Virus record (IMG/VR): IMGVR_UViG_3300043425_000676
Location: 8,062 to 72,061 of that record
From: a virus
Reading direction: 5' to 3' (one strand)
Length of the DNA stretch: 64,000 bases
Below are positions 20,779 through 28,528 of the stretch, piece by piece (within the stretch, counting starts at the first letter, position 1; the number at the start of each line of letters is the position of its first letter). Below the pieces are notes generated by a model, which searched no databases, was not told the DNA's origin, and was given only the letters and a program-made list of their open reading frames with translations. The position numbers and the translations under genes are program-made.

Positions 20779-20806
20779 ACTATAACCGACGACTTTTTGA
20801 TGTCAA
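20779..20806 (-). promoter_or_regulatory. Sigma70-like promoter upstream of terL
   Basis: TTGACA-N16-TATAGT. Confidence 0.7.
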
Positions 20807-20812
20807 CAGCCA

Positions 20813-21109
20813 TCATCGCCTTTCAAGAGCCTCTTGCATGCTCATCGTCTTGAGTCTTGCCCTGAGCGTCGATTCCTTGATTCCGTAGGCGAAAGCCCAT
20901 TGCTTTAGGCTCATTTTCTTGCCAGCATGCTCGATTCCGCAACTTCCGCACGACGATGTGTGCCCGCTTTGCATATGATCGAGCCTAACTTCAACCTCGT
21001 TTCCACAGGCACACTTGCATAGGAATTTTCGCTTTCCTGTCGAGTAATGCTCTCGAATTACCGTCAAGTTTCCGTAAGTTGATCCAGTTTTTACTTCCGT
21101 CCGCTTCAA
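20813..21109 (-). CDS. HNH-homing-endonuclease-derived DNA-binding protein lacking the nuclease core
   Basis: 'YGNLTVI...CKCACG...SGHTSSCG' N-module joined directly to an 'SLKQWA..YGI..STLRARL' HTH; TTG start after AAGGGA. Confidence 0.6.
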   Translation of the reverse strand: MKRTEVKTGSTYGNLTVIREHYSTGKRKFLCKCACGNEVEVRLDHMQSGHTSSCGSCGIEHAGKKMSLKQWAFAYGIKESTLRARLKTMSMQEALERR

Positions 21110-21167
21110 TTCCAATTCCCTTGACTGACTGTGTTTTTTCAATGCGCAATGCAAGACGCTTGAGTCT

Positions 21168-21254
21168 GAACGCCTGGGATTTGAACCCAAGTGCCGATCG
21201 TCCAAGTCTCGCTTTCGGTGTACACCCTACTCGCGTAGTAGCTGGCCAGCATTC
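21168..21254 (-). ncRNA. tRNA-like RNA with non-canonical D/anticodon region
   Basis: Acceptor GAATGCT/GGCGTTC, T-arm TTGGG-TTCAAAT-CCCAG, internal hairpins CTACT/AGTAG and CCGA/TCGG; no canonical 7-nt anticodon loop. Confidence 0.55.
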
Positions 21255-21286
21255 TTAAGCGCCTTGCAGCATGCACTGACACGCTG

Positions 21287-21314
21287 AATATACCTCTTTG
21301 CCCCAATATTGCAA
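21287..21314 (-). promoter_or_regulatory. Sigma70-like promoter for the tRNA-like RNA
   Basis: TTGCAA-N16-TATATT about 30 nt upstream of the tRNA-like 5' end. Confidence 0.5.
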
Positions 21315-21417
21315 CTATCTTGACATTTTGGATACCACCCTACTTGACTGTACTGACAGAGCGCATATTCTTCTTTGCGCATGGTTCGATTGTTTCTTTC
21401 AATTCAGGAGGTTTGCT

Positions 21418-22005
21418 ATGTGTGTGGCGGTTTACGTTCGAGTTAGTACGGCTGAACAGAATCTTGCTGGTCAAAAGCGCGAGATTACCAAGTGGCTCAC
21501 TGGAAACGGTATCAATCCAGATACGGTGATTTGGTACATCGACAAGGAGAGCGGCGAAACGCTTGCGAGACCTCAACTTGAACAACTTCAGCGCGATATC
21601 TTCAATGGCGCAATCAAAACCGTGGTTGTCTACAAGCTCGATCGACTCTCGAGATCTCTACAGGATGGAGTAGACACCCTCTGTTCGTGGTGCAGGAAAG
21701 GTATTCGAGTGGTCTCAACTTCTCAACAGATCGATTTCACTGGTACGATCGGTCAGCTTATCGCTGCGGTGCTGTTTGCTGTTGCCGAGATGGAAACCAA
21801 CACACGAAGGGAGCGACAGGCAGCAGGTATCGCCGCAGCGAAGGAGAAAGGAATTTACCAAGGTAGGAAGAAGGGCGCTGTAAAAGCTGGCGTTGACATA
21901 TCGAAGGCGCCCAAGCTGATTGAGAAAGGCTTATCCATCGATGAAGTAGCGAAAATCCTTGGAGTCAGCGGTAGAACCGTCTACAGGTATCTTAAGACTG
22001 CTTAA
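21418..22005 (+). CDS. Small serine recombinase (resolvase/invertase) with C-terminal HTH
   Basis: YVRVST, DKESG, RPQL, VYKLDRLSRS, ERQAAGIAAAK..G...GR and 'VAKILGVSGRTVYRYL'; AGGAGG RBS. Confidence 0.95.
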   Translation: MCVAVYVRVSTAEQNLAGQKREITKWLTGNGINPDTVIWYIDKESGETLARPQLEQLQRDIFNGAIKTVVVYKLDRLSRSLQDGVDTLCSWCRKGIRVVSTSQQIDFTGTIGQLIAAVLFAVAEMETNTRRERQAAGIAAAKEKGIYQGRKKGAVKAGVDISKAPKLIEKGLSIDEVAKILGVSGRTVYRYLKTA

Positions 22006-22009
22006 CCAG

Positions 22010-22525
22010 ACGCAAGCAAAACTACAACCAGAAAGCGTTTTGCAGGCAACTGCGAAACGCGACAGGTACAAGCGCACCCCAGGTTCATAAATAGTATGCA
22101 ATCTCGCTACCTGCCGGAATCCAGGGGTTTTTTCCTGGAACTGACCAATGGGCTTATTCGGAAAGGGTAAGAGGCGGGAGACCTGCATCTCCTTATCGCC
22201 GTTTGCCTAACCAGCGTCCACCCATCGCCAGCCTGCTGCACCTGTTCGACCCTTGAGGTTAAGAGCATATCCACGCCGCAGGACGCTTCGCTTACTCAAT
22301 CCCATGCACTTTGGCGGTCTTCCACAGATCGGGCAACTAGCTCAAACGATTGCAGGCACAAGCGCCGGATCCCCGGCATTACACTCATGCCATTTACGTG
22401 CTCTCCCCCAGGATGTGGTTTTGGGGGAGAGCTGTGCGGTAGGATTACGCACGAAAAGACGCCTTGCGGCGAAAGTTGAAATCGAACTGAAATCCTACCT
22501 GTGCCGAAACCACTCAGCACTTCCA
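22010..22525 (-). ncRNA. Candidate large structured ncRNA
   Basis: No credible ORF; continuous series of hairpins plus loop-loop complementarity GTGGTTT/AAACCAC (see findings). Confidence 0.5.
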
Positions 22526-22528
22526 ATG

Positions 22529-23188
22529 TTACGCGCTCGGGTTGGTGTCGTCAACACCCTTTTCGGTTTCTTTGAACCCGTACCAATAGAGCTCGTCGTC
22601 GCTGTCAGCCACCCAGCGGCTCGCCGATGCTTCGCAACTGAACTCCTGGCTGAAAACCTTCCAGTCGGGGCGACCATTGAGCGTTTTGCTCGTAAACGCC
22701 CCTCCGTCGTTCCATCGCACGATACGGTTGTTGGGCTGGATAAACACTCTCCCATTGGCGTTGATCACATGACCCGTCTTGTGCCCAGCGGCGATCTCGC
22801 TGTACCCTCCGTTGCACCAATCAAGGGTGAACATATAGGTTCCGTCGATGATCGATCGATCTTTCAGTAGCACCTTGCAGCTTCGATTCTTGATGTAATC
22901 GATCGTAAGAGCCGAGCAGTGGTAGCTGAAACTGTCCCAAAGCTGTAGAAAGTCTAAAGGGTAGTCTACACCACCCGTGGGCTCTGTGTGGATGTAATGG
23001 ATCGGGATCCTGGCGTGTTGAGTCCCCCACTCGCTCATGCCGGTGAACAGTCCGCATCGATTCGGGATAGAGGTGTAGAGGAAAAACTCCATCGGGATCC
23101 GCTCATTTGCGGCACTCGGCTCCCTGTCGTAGAGGAATGCCGTGTCGAGGAACCCCCAAAAAAACGGAATGTTAGTGTTTAGATACAC
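22529..23188 (-). CDS. Conserved phage hypothetical protein
   Basis: 219 aa, 'YLNTNIP', 'LQLWDSFSY', 'GTYMFTLDW', 'QPNNRI' motifs; AAAGG RBS. Confidence 0.75.
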   Translation of the reverse strand: MYLNTNIPFFWGFLDTAFLYDREPSAANERIPMEFFLYTSIPNRCGLFTGMSEWGTQHARIPIHYIHTEPTGGVDYPLDFLQLWDSFSYHCSALTIDYIKNRSCKVLLKDRSIIDGTYMFTLDWCNGGYSEIAAGHKTGHVINANGRVFIQPNNRIVRWNDGGAFTSKTLNGRPDWKVFSQEFSCEASASRWVADSDDELYWYGFKETEKGVDDTNPSA

Positions 23189-23423
23189 CTTTTAAAGCCT
23201 CCCATTGCTCTTTTGTGATTTCTGTCAAGTTTGCGTAATCAGCCTCGCCGTGCTTCGTCCTGAAACCTGTCAAAGTCCAAGACTCTGGCGAGTCACTTTC
23301 TTTCTTGTGGATGATACCGACTACCGGAAACTCACCCCTAGCTACGGTGGTGAAGATCGTCACCGGGAAAATGCAGTCGCCAAAATGCCCCTTTGTCGCG
23401 TAATGCTTGTCAGGTGCGATCAT
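23172..23423 (-). CDS. Hypothetical protein
   Basis: 83 aa, ATGA coupling with the upstream gene. Confidence 0.6.
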   Translation of the reverse strand: MIAPDKHYATKGHFGDCIFPVTIFTTVARGEFPVVGIIHKKESDSPESWTLTGFRTKHGEADYANLTEITKEQWEALKGVSKH

Positions 23424-23935
23424 TTCGACCTGAAGATTGGTAGAGACATGGCGTATCTGTCAGCACTTTGCAATTTGTGATGCTGAAGGTGGTTGATCCG
23501 CACAGACCATCCCCACCAAGTCTTTGGCGTGTAGTTGCAGTGGCACGAGAAGTGGATGAACTCGTATGCAGACAGAAGCACAAGCACCGTGCAATGCGCT
23601 GTGTAAAGCCCTGGAGTGGTAAACGCAAACAACATCGAGTTTACGAAGTACATGCAGATGATCCACCAGTCTGGCAGTCCTGTGTCAGTGGTCGGGTGGT
23701 CGTGGTGCCTATCGTGCGTTTTGCGGAACGGAGTCCAAGACCATTCGTGGAAAAACCACCTGTGCGCGATGTACTCGAGTGTCGGCCACGCCAAGACAAT
23801 CGAGCCAGCAATCGCCAAGTCCCTCAGGCTAAGCGACCACAAGGCGATCCTTAGCACAACAGCAAGCAAAGCAGAGAGTACGATTACTCCTCCCTTGCCG
23901 CTAATAAACGCAAAAACCAAACTTCGAAACGTCAT
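23420..23935 (-). CDS. Fatty acid hydroxylase/sterol desaturase family membrane protein
   Basis: Di-metal His boxes EYIAHRWFFH, HDRHH, YEFIHFSCH, NHLQHH plus TM helices; ACAGGAG RBS places the start at MTFRS. Confidence 0.85.
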   Translation of the reverse strand: MTFRSLVFAFISGKGGVIVLSALLAVVLRIALWSLSLRDLAIAGSIVLAWPTLEYIAHRWFFHEWSWTPFRKTHDRHHDHPTTDTGLPDWWIICMYFVNSMLFAFTTPGLYTAHCTVLVLLSAYEFIHFSCHCNYTPKTWWGWSVRINHLQHHKLQSADRYAMSLPIFRSK

Positions 23936-23957
23936 TGCAAACACTCCTGTTTTGAAT

Positions 23958-24073
23958 GGATCGGGCAGGATTTGAACCTGCTTGGGGGTGGTAATCCCGC
24001 TACCTCCGCGTTTTAACCGAAGGCCCACTGAATACTCGATAACCCTGCTGCGTTTCCCACACGCCGCCGACCC
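23958..24073 (-). ncRNA. tRNA-like element (GGATCGG family, copy 1) with long insert
   Basis: Acceptor GGGTCGG/CCGATCC, D-arm GCGT-GTGGGAA-ACGC, T-arm GCAGG-TTCAAAT-CCTGC; ~68-nt insert replaces the anticodon arm. Confidence 0.65.
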
Positions 24074-24221
24074 GATTGCCGTCTCTCCGGCTGTCACGTT
24101 GTTTATGCTTCGCAGTTTTCTGTTAACTTGCCTCTAGCACTTAAGCCGTTGCAAGAACGATCCGAACTCCTCGGCCACCTGCTGGTAGTCACAACGTTTT
24201 CACCCGCTGTACAAATCAAAA

Positions 24222-24333
24222 GGATCGGGCAGGGTTTTCACCTGCCTTGAGGACTGATATAGGGCTTTATCGCTTAGCAGCAGTCACTCTAACACGCCTC
24301 TTGTGTTTCGCGGTTGAGCCGCGCCGCCGATCC
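24222..24333 (-). ncRNA. tRNA-like element (GGATCGG family, copy 2)
   Basis: Acceptor GGATCGG/CCGATCC, T-arm GCAGG-TGAAAAC-CCTGC, hairpins CGCGG/CCGCG and AACAC/GTGTT, trailer TTTTGATTTGT. Confidence 0.6.
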
Positions 24334-24335
24334 AG

Positions 24336-24404
24336 TTGCGGGTCTAGGAATCGAACCTAGCACTCAGAGCTTATGGGGCTCTAATGGGCACCAGCCCACC
24401 CGCA
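24336..24404 (-). tRNA. Atypical tRNA with CAT anticodon (Met/fMet-like), truncated D-arm
   Basis: Acceptor TGCGGGT/ACCCGCA, mini D hairpin GGGC-TGGT-GCCC, anticodon arm AGAGC-CCCATAA-GCTCT, T-arm CTAGG-TTCGATT-CCTAG; no encoded CCA. Confidence 0.65.
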
Positions 24405-24412
24405 ATACCAAT

Positions 24413-24490
24413 TGCCTCTGGCGGGATTCCAACCCGCAATACTGCGAATACACCAAACGCAGCGTGTTGGCTTGATTACACCACAGAGGC
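24413..24490 (-). tRNA. Atypical tRNA with 11-nt anticodon loop
   Basis: Acceptor GCCTCTG/CAGAGGC, D-arm GTGT/ACAC, CTGCG-TTTGGTGTATT-CGCAG, T-arm GCGGG-TTGGAAT-CCCGC. Confidence 0.6.
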
Positions 24491-24497
24491 TTGCTTG

Positions 24498-25004
24498 CTA
24501 ACGGTAAATAACCGTCGCGTACCATCCGTTGCTTCCTCGAGCAACACCAATGTCCAACGCTTGGCGTTTACCCCAGAAGCAACATTTACTAATCGCATGA
24601 TCTGCCGACACGGTTGAAAAGCCGACTCCCTCAGCGTTACCGCCTCCGAATCCGCCGCCAACGTGACAACATCTGTTCATTGCTGCTTGCCGCTGTGCTT
24701 TAGACTGAGCCAGACCAGCCGAAACTACTCGCACCGGGGTTGTGGCGACACGAGCTACCGCGTAGACAACGTTGCCGGTCGTATCGACTGTTGCAGTAAG
24801 AATTTGTCCCGTTGCGTCGACGACACGTTCAACGACGGCTCCAGTCGTGCGTACCGCACTTTGAACAGTATTTCCGACCACTTGTCGAGCGACACCGCCT
24901 TGCCTGTGGCATTGTCCGTTTGCGCATTCTTGTCCATAACTCGACCCCGACAGCAAAAAAACCACAAGCACCAACGCCACAGCTTTCAACTTAGAAAACT
25001 TCAT
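24498..25004 (-). CDS. Secreted Cys-containing protein with CAP/SCP-like C-terminus
   Basis: GGAGG RBS, signal peptide MKFSKLKAVALVLVVFLL, CANGQC motif, C-terminal 'EGVG...CC...DIGVARGSNGWYA'. Confidence 0.65.
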   Translation of the reverse strand: MKFSKLKAVALVLVVFLLSGSSYGQECANGQCHRQGGVARQVVGNTVQSAVRTTGAVVERVVDATGQILTATVDTTGNVVYAVARVATTPVRVVSAGLAQSKAQRQAAMNRCCHVGGGFGGGNAEGVGFSTVSADHAISKCCFWGKRQALDIGVARGSNGWYATVIYR

Positions 25005-25097
25005 TTGACCATCCTCCATAAACTGGAAACTGAAACCAACCTGAACTCTGACCATCGCATTGTACCGCATTGACCCTGCAACGCAATACGCTGGTGG

Positions 25098-25367
25098 CTA
25101 CAGCGACTTTTCTTCGCTTGCGACATCTTCTATCCACCAGCGAAGATCACCAGGACTGAATGTCTCCCAATCCATCTCGTCCCATCCTTTTGTTTGTGCC
25201 TCGCACTCAGGGTGCATAGCTTCCGACACAATACCGGCATCTTCGTCAACGCCGGTTCTTCGCAAGTAGGATGTTCCTTTAGGGATCTGTTTGCCGCATA
25301 AGTAGCAACTATGCGATCTTCGAGCCTTTTTGACGATCGTATCATCCAAATGCGTCCATGACATCAA
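25098..25367 (-). CDS. Zinc-finger protein
   Basis: KARRSHSCYLCGKQIPKGTSY...HPEC motif; GAGG RBS. Confidence 0.7.
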   Translation of the reverse strand: MMSWTHLDDTIVKKARRSHSCYLCGKQIPKGTSYLRRTGVDEDAGIVSEAMHPECEAQTKGWDEMDWETFSPGDLRWWIEDVASEEKSL

Positions 25368-25996
25368 AGCACCTCGAAGCCCGTCTGAGTAACCTTTAGC
25401 ATCTTTCCACTTGGCAATCCAACAACATCGCCAACGTTACAGATGCGGAGTTTTTCCGACTCGCAACCAGCATTTTTTTCCGCCGTGTTGGGCTCGATGC
25501 GTCGGCGATACCAAGTGAAAGCCTGCTGTTGTTTTTCATACTCAGCAACCACGGAATGCGACCAGATATTTTTCACTGGATTAAAGTATTCATCCTCGCT
25601 TTTCAAATCTTCCGGTGGAAACTTCTCCAGCAGCCTGTACCCTTCGCCTGGATCGGGCCTGTTGAGGAACCATTGTGGCGGATCGTAGACTTGGCAGAAT
25701 TTCCATTGATTCGCGTTGTTGGATATCCAATGCAAACTGTTTTGGCATGTTGCATCATATCCACCTAAAAATCTACTGACGCTCCAAATCGACGTATCAA
25801 CATCCCTAAACCTAGCCTCAACCTTCTCGCCCTCCATTACTCGGGCAACATCCTCGGCGGTTGCATCCCGCCAAAACGCTTCGACCTTCACTTTGCCGAC
25901 TTTCGAGCTGGGTGATCCTTGTTCGTTAATTTGACTATCCATTTCCTGAGCTCCTTGTTTCTCTCCTGTAAAAGTTTGATCTTGGTTTTGAGCCAA
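25364..25996 (-). CDS. Modular hypothetical protein sharing domains with ORF 41737-42969
   Basis: 'WRDAT.EDVA..MEG.KVEARFRD...W..CQVYDP' domain; true start may be internal (MDSQ). Confidence 0.65.
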   Translation of the reverse strand: MAQNQDQTFTGEKQGAQEMDSQINEQGSPSSKVGKVKVEAFWRDATAEDVARVMEGEKVEARFRDVDTSIWSVSRFLGGYDATCQNSLHWISNNANQWKFCQVYDPPQWFLNRPDPGEGYRLLEKFPPEDLKSEDEYFNPVKNIWSHSVVAEYEKQQQAFTWYRRRIEPNTAEKNAGCESEKLRICNVGDVVGLPSGKMLKVTQTGFEVL

Positions 25997-26224
25997 AATA
26001 TTTCATCTTCAAGTTTGCGTATTGTGTCTTTGTCGCTCATGATAAAACAATGCTTAAAGACAGTTTATTTTTTTCTTGTATATCGCTTTACGGCTTTTCC
26101 GATAATATCCATAGTTGATTGAAATGCAACTATGAAAACCAAAAGCAACATAATTGCCAACGCTATGATTGTTGGCAGAAAAAACACAACAAGCGACATC
26201 CACGCGCCTGATGTTGTGTCTGGC

Positions 26225-26482
26225 TTATTCATCGTAAATCTCCAGTTCGAGTCCTTGACGACCGTTTGGAACGTAATCCATTGCAAGACATCCGTTGGGC
26301 AGTCGCACAACAACACCGTTCTCCTCTCGCACAACATACAACTGTTCTTGCTGAAACGCTCTAAACCCTCCATCAAGCGCCATCCACGTTGTTGCGGCGT
26401 AATGAATACCACTTGGGAAATGCTCCATTGCTCCGTCGAGCGGTCCACCAAAAAACTCGAACGTTGCTAGGCTACCCATCAA
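26225..26482 (-). CDS. Hypothetical protein
   Basis: 85 aa with the common phage motif 'FFGGPLDG'. Confidence 0.6.
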   Translation of the reverse strand: MMGSLATFEFFGGPLDGAMEHFPSGIHYAATTWMALDGGFRAFQQEQLYVVREENGVVVRLPNGCLAMDYVPNGRQGLELEIYDE

Positions 26483-26882
26483 GTTTTACGCCAAACGTGG
26501 TGCCATCGTCGAAAACCTTACGATCAAACGAATCCTCCCAGGATTGGATATGGTGGCCAAGCCTGCCATACGCTGCCGGTGGAAAGGTATTAGACCGATC
26601 ATCTTTCCATGTCCACCACCTATCCCGATGAGGCGTGAATTCCTCCGCATCAGCAAACGGTCGATACTTCGCCGGTTGCTCGATCTTGCGGATGATAGGC
26701 CACACAGCATACAAATCAGTATTCGCCTGAACCGCACGACCATCACCGTCAATGTAATGCTCACCTTTTTTAGCACGCCAAAACCCCACCAACTCCCACC
26801 CATCGGGCACTCCTGGCACGCCGCGAAAACCTTGTTCACTCACTTGCAAGTCTCCTATTGCAAAACACAAAACAATCAACAC
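26472..26882 (-). CDS. Hypothetical protein
   Basis: ORF with 'YRPFADAEEF...FDDGTTFG' motif; GGAGA RBS suggests a start near VSEQ. Confidence 0.6.
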   Translation of the reverse strand: MLIVLCFAIGDLQVSEQGFRGVPGVPDGWELVGFWRAKKGEHYIDGDGRAVQANTDLYAVWPIIRKIEQPAKYRPFADAEEFTPHRDRWWTWKDDRSNTFPPAAYGRLGHHIQSWEDSFDRKVFDDGTTFGVKLDG

Positions 26883-26918
26883 GTTACTACTGTATCTCCA
26901 TTGCCCCGTAAACGCAAG

Positions 26919-27461
26919 TTACAAATCAGGGGGTTTCCATCCTTCTGCAAAAATTGGGTAGTCAACTTCCTTGACATTCCAGTTGCTCTGTTCGCACCAG
27001 TTTAAGAGCGAGGTGAACTTGTAGAGGTGCTGTCGAGCGTAGGCTGGTGTCGGCAAACTTGTGTCCCAATGCTTCGGATCCCAGACTTCAAAACCGAACG
27101 CCCATCCCATGAATGTGACTTCCGAGCCGTTTACCAGTAATCGGACATGCGGAGATTCCATCAGTGGCGTTGAATACAAGATCAGCTTGTGGTGAGCCTT
27201 GGATATCGACTTCACCTCGATTGGGCCGACATCTGGAACTTGGCAAACCTTCCTGCCCTTGTGCTCCGATGCTGGCTTGTGAGCTCGCCACGGGAACCCT
27301 GTGTACAAAGCCATTGCGCATTCAGCGATCGCTGCTTGAACGTGCGAATGACCCGATGGAGACCGATCGCACGACAAGTAGTCGCCACGACCAGCACCAC
27401 TGTCTGCTCGCATCTTGCCGATTTTAATCGCCAGTTGCATTTGTTTGTCGGTGAGGATCAT
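26919..27461 (-). CDS. Putative PD-(D/E)xK nuclease-fold protein
   Basis: 'IAECAMALY...PDVG.IEVKS' pattern. Confidence 0.5.
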   Translation of the reverse strand: MILTDKQMQLAIKIGKMRADSGAGRGDYLSCDRSPSGHSHVQAAIAECAMALYTGFPWRAHKPASEHKGRKVCQVPDVGPIEVKSISKAHHKLILYSTPLMESPHVRLLVNGSEVTFMGWAFGFEVWDPKHWDTSLPTPAYARQHLYKFTSLLNWCEQSNWNVKEVDYPIFAEGWKPPDL

Positions 27462-27462
27462 T

Positions 27463-28149
27463 TCAGTCGACCTTTACCAGTCTGCAAGTGCCGTATTCTT
27501 CGCTTTCCCAAGTCTCCGCCTTCCAGCCGCTTATGCTTTTGTGTCTTGGATCCAAAGCCTCAAACCAGAACAGATCGCCGTCTGCGTGACGCTGCGTGAT
27601 CAAACCTTTTGCGCCGTCGAAGAGGTTGTTGCATTTGAGCTCGACCTTATCGCCGACATTCAGTGTTACGCGAACGCCTCGCAGCTCTGGAGCTGTGTGC
27701 TCGATGTCTTTTTCACCGAACCAACCAAACTGACTTCCGCTATCGGAAGAAAAGTAGTATGGCACTTCCGGGTTTCGAAAATCAATTCGCGTTATCGTCC
27801 CTCTGTGCGAATACAGAAGCGAGTCGGCTTTGACAATTATTACGCGGTCTTTAACCTTGTACAAACTTGCAGTTGTCAAGGATTGCTTGATAACTGGATT
27901 GCGAACGCCAGTCTCGATGTCGCAAGAGTCATGTGGGCAAGTTACACTTGTCGATTGCGCCAAATTGCAAACAAACCCTTGGCATTGGTTCGATACAGAC
28001 TCATTGGCATCGAGCACTTCCGATTCGAGCCGAAACTCCTTGTTTGCAGCCCAAAACCTCTGCCCGTACACTTCGGTTATCAGTCTTGCCACTTCGTTGT
28101 CTAAAGCCGAAATAATTGCTTTTACCCAAACCTTATCGCCGACTTTCAT
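27463..28149 (-). CDS. Protein with three KOW/SH3-like repeats
   Basis: MKVGDKVWV, YKVKDRVII, LNVGDKVEL repeats. Confidence 0.6.
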   Translation of the reverse strand: MKVGDKVWVKAIISALDNEVARLITEVYGQRFWAANKEFRLESEVLDANESVSNQCQGFVCNLAQSTSVTCPHDSCDIETGVRNPVIKQSLTTASLYKVKDRVIIVKADSLLYSHRGTITRIDFRNPEVPYYFSSDSGSQFGWFGEKDIEHTAPELRGVRVTLNVGDKVELKCNNLFDGAKGLITQRHADGDLFWFEALDPRHKSISGWKAETWESEEYGTCRLVKVD

Positions 28150-28151
28150 TT

Positions 28152-28499
28152 CTACTTTTCCTTAACAAACACACCGTCTACCATCTTACCCTTGCGATCC
28201 TTGATCTGCTCCCACGCCACTTCGCGGCATTCGTCGATGTCTTGTCCAAGCTGAGCACACATCACAGCCAGTACCACCTGAATATCGCCAATCGCATCGC
28301 AGATCTCTGTGGTGTCGTTACGCAGCAAGCCATCGGACAACTCCTGGACTTCCTCCAGAAGCTTCGACATTTGCAAGGTGGGGCTAGAACCAACCACCAA
28401 GTTCCGATCTTCCGCCCATTTCGTAACACGTTCTTTCCAACTCAACATTGAAAACCTCCAATCTGTTTCCGTCCACTTTCTAACACGCTCCCTAAACAT
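28152..28499 (-). CDS. MazG-like nucleotide pyrophosphohydrolase
   Basis: 'KLLEEVQEL...DAIGDIQVVL...AWEQIKDRKGKMVDGVFVKE'; probable start MLSW after GGAGG. Confidence 0.85.
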   Translation of the reverse strand: MFRERVRKWTETDWRFSMLSWKERVTKWAEDRNLVVGSSPTLQMSKLLEEVQELSDGLLRNDTTEICDAIGDIQVVLAVMCAQLGQDIDECREVAWEQIKDRKGKMVDGVFVKEK

Positions 28500-28528
28500 G
28501 GCAGATCCCCTTGCGATGAATAACAGCC

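Noticed and set aside
22197-22210. TTAGG-N6-GCG on the minus strand as a third pistol-like core
   Set aside because: No adjacent 6-nt complement and no P3-GT-P2' arrangement; treated as part of the large ncRNA candidate
22208-22400. Minus-strand frame with TGA before 'ASCPICGRPPKC' as a selenoprotein or readthrough
   Set aside because: No convincing start or RBS, and dense RNA helices explain the region better
23936-24097. N-terminal extension of the hydroxylase ORF given in the ORF track
   Set aside because: Overlaps a tRNA-like element; the strong RBS places the start at 23935
26065-26451. 128-aa ORF overlapping 26225-26482
   Set aside because: The N-terminal part is an alternate frame of the better ORF; only the C-terminal TM peptide from MNKPD may be real
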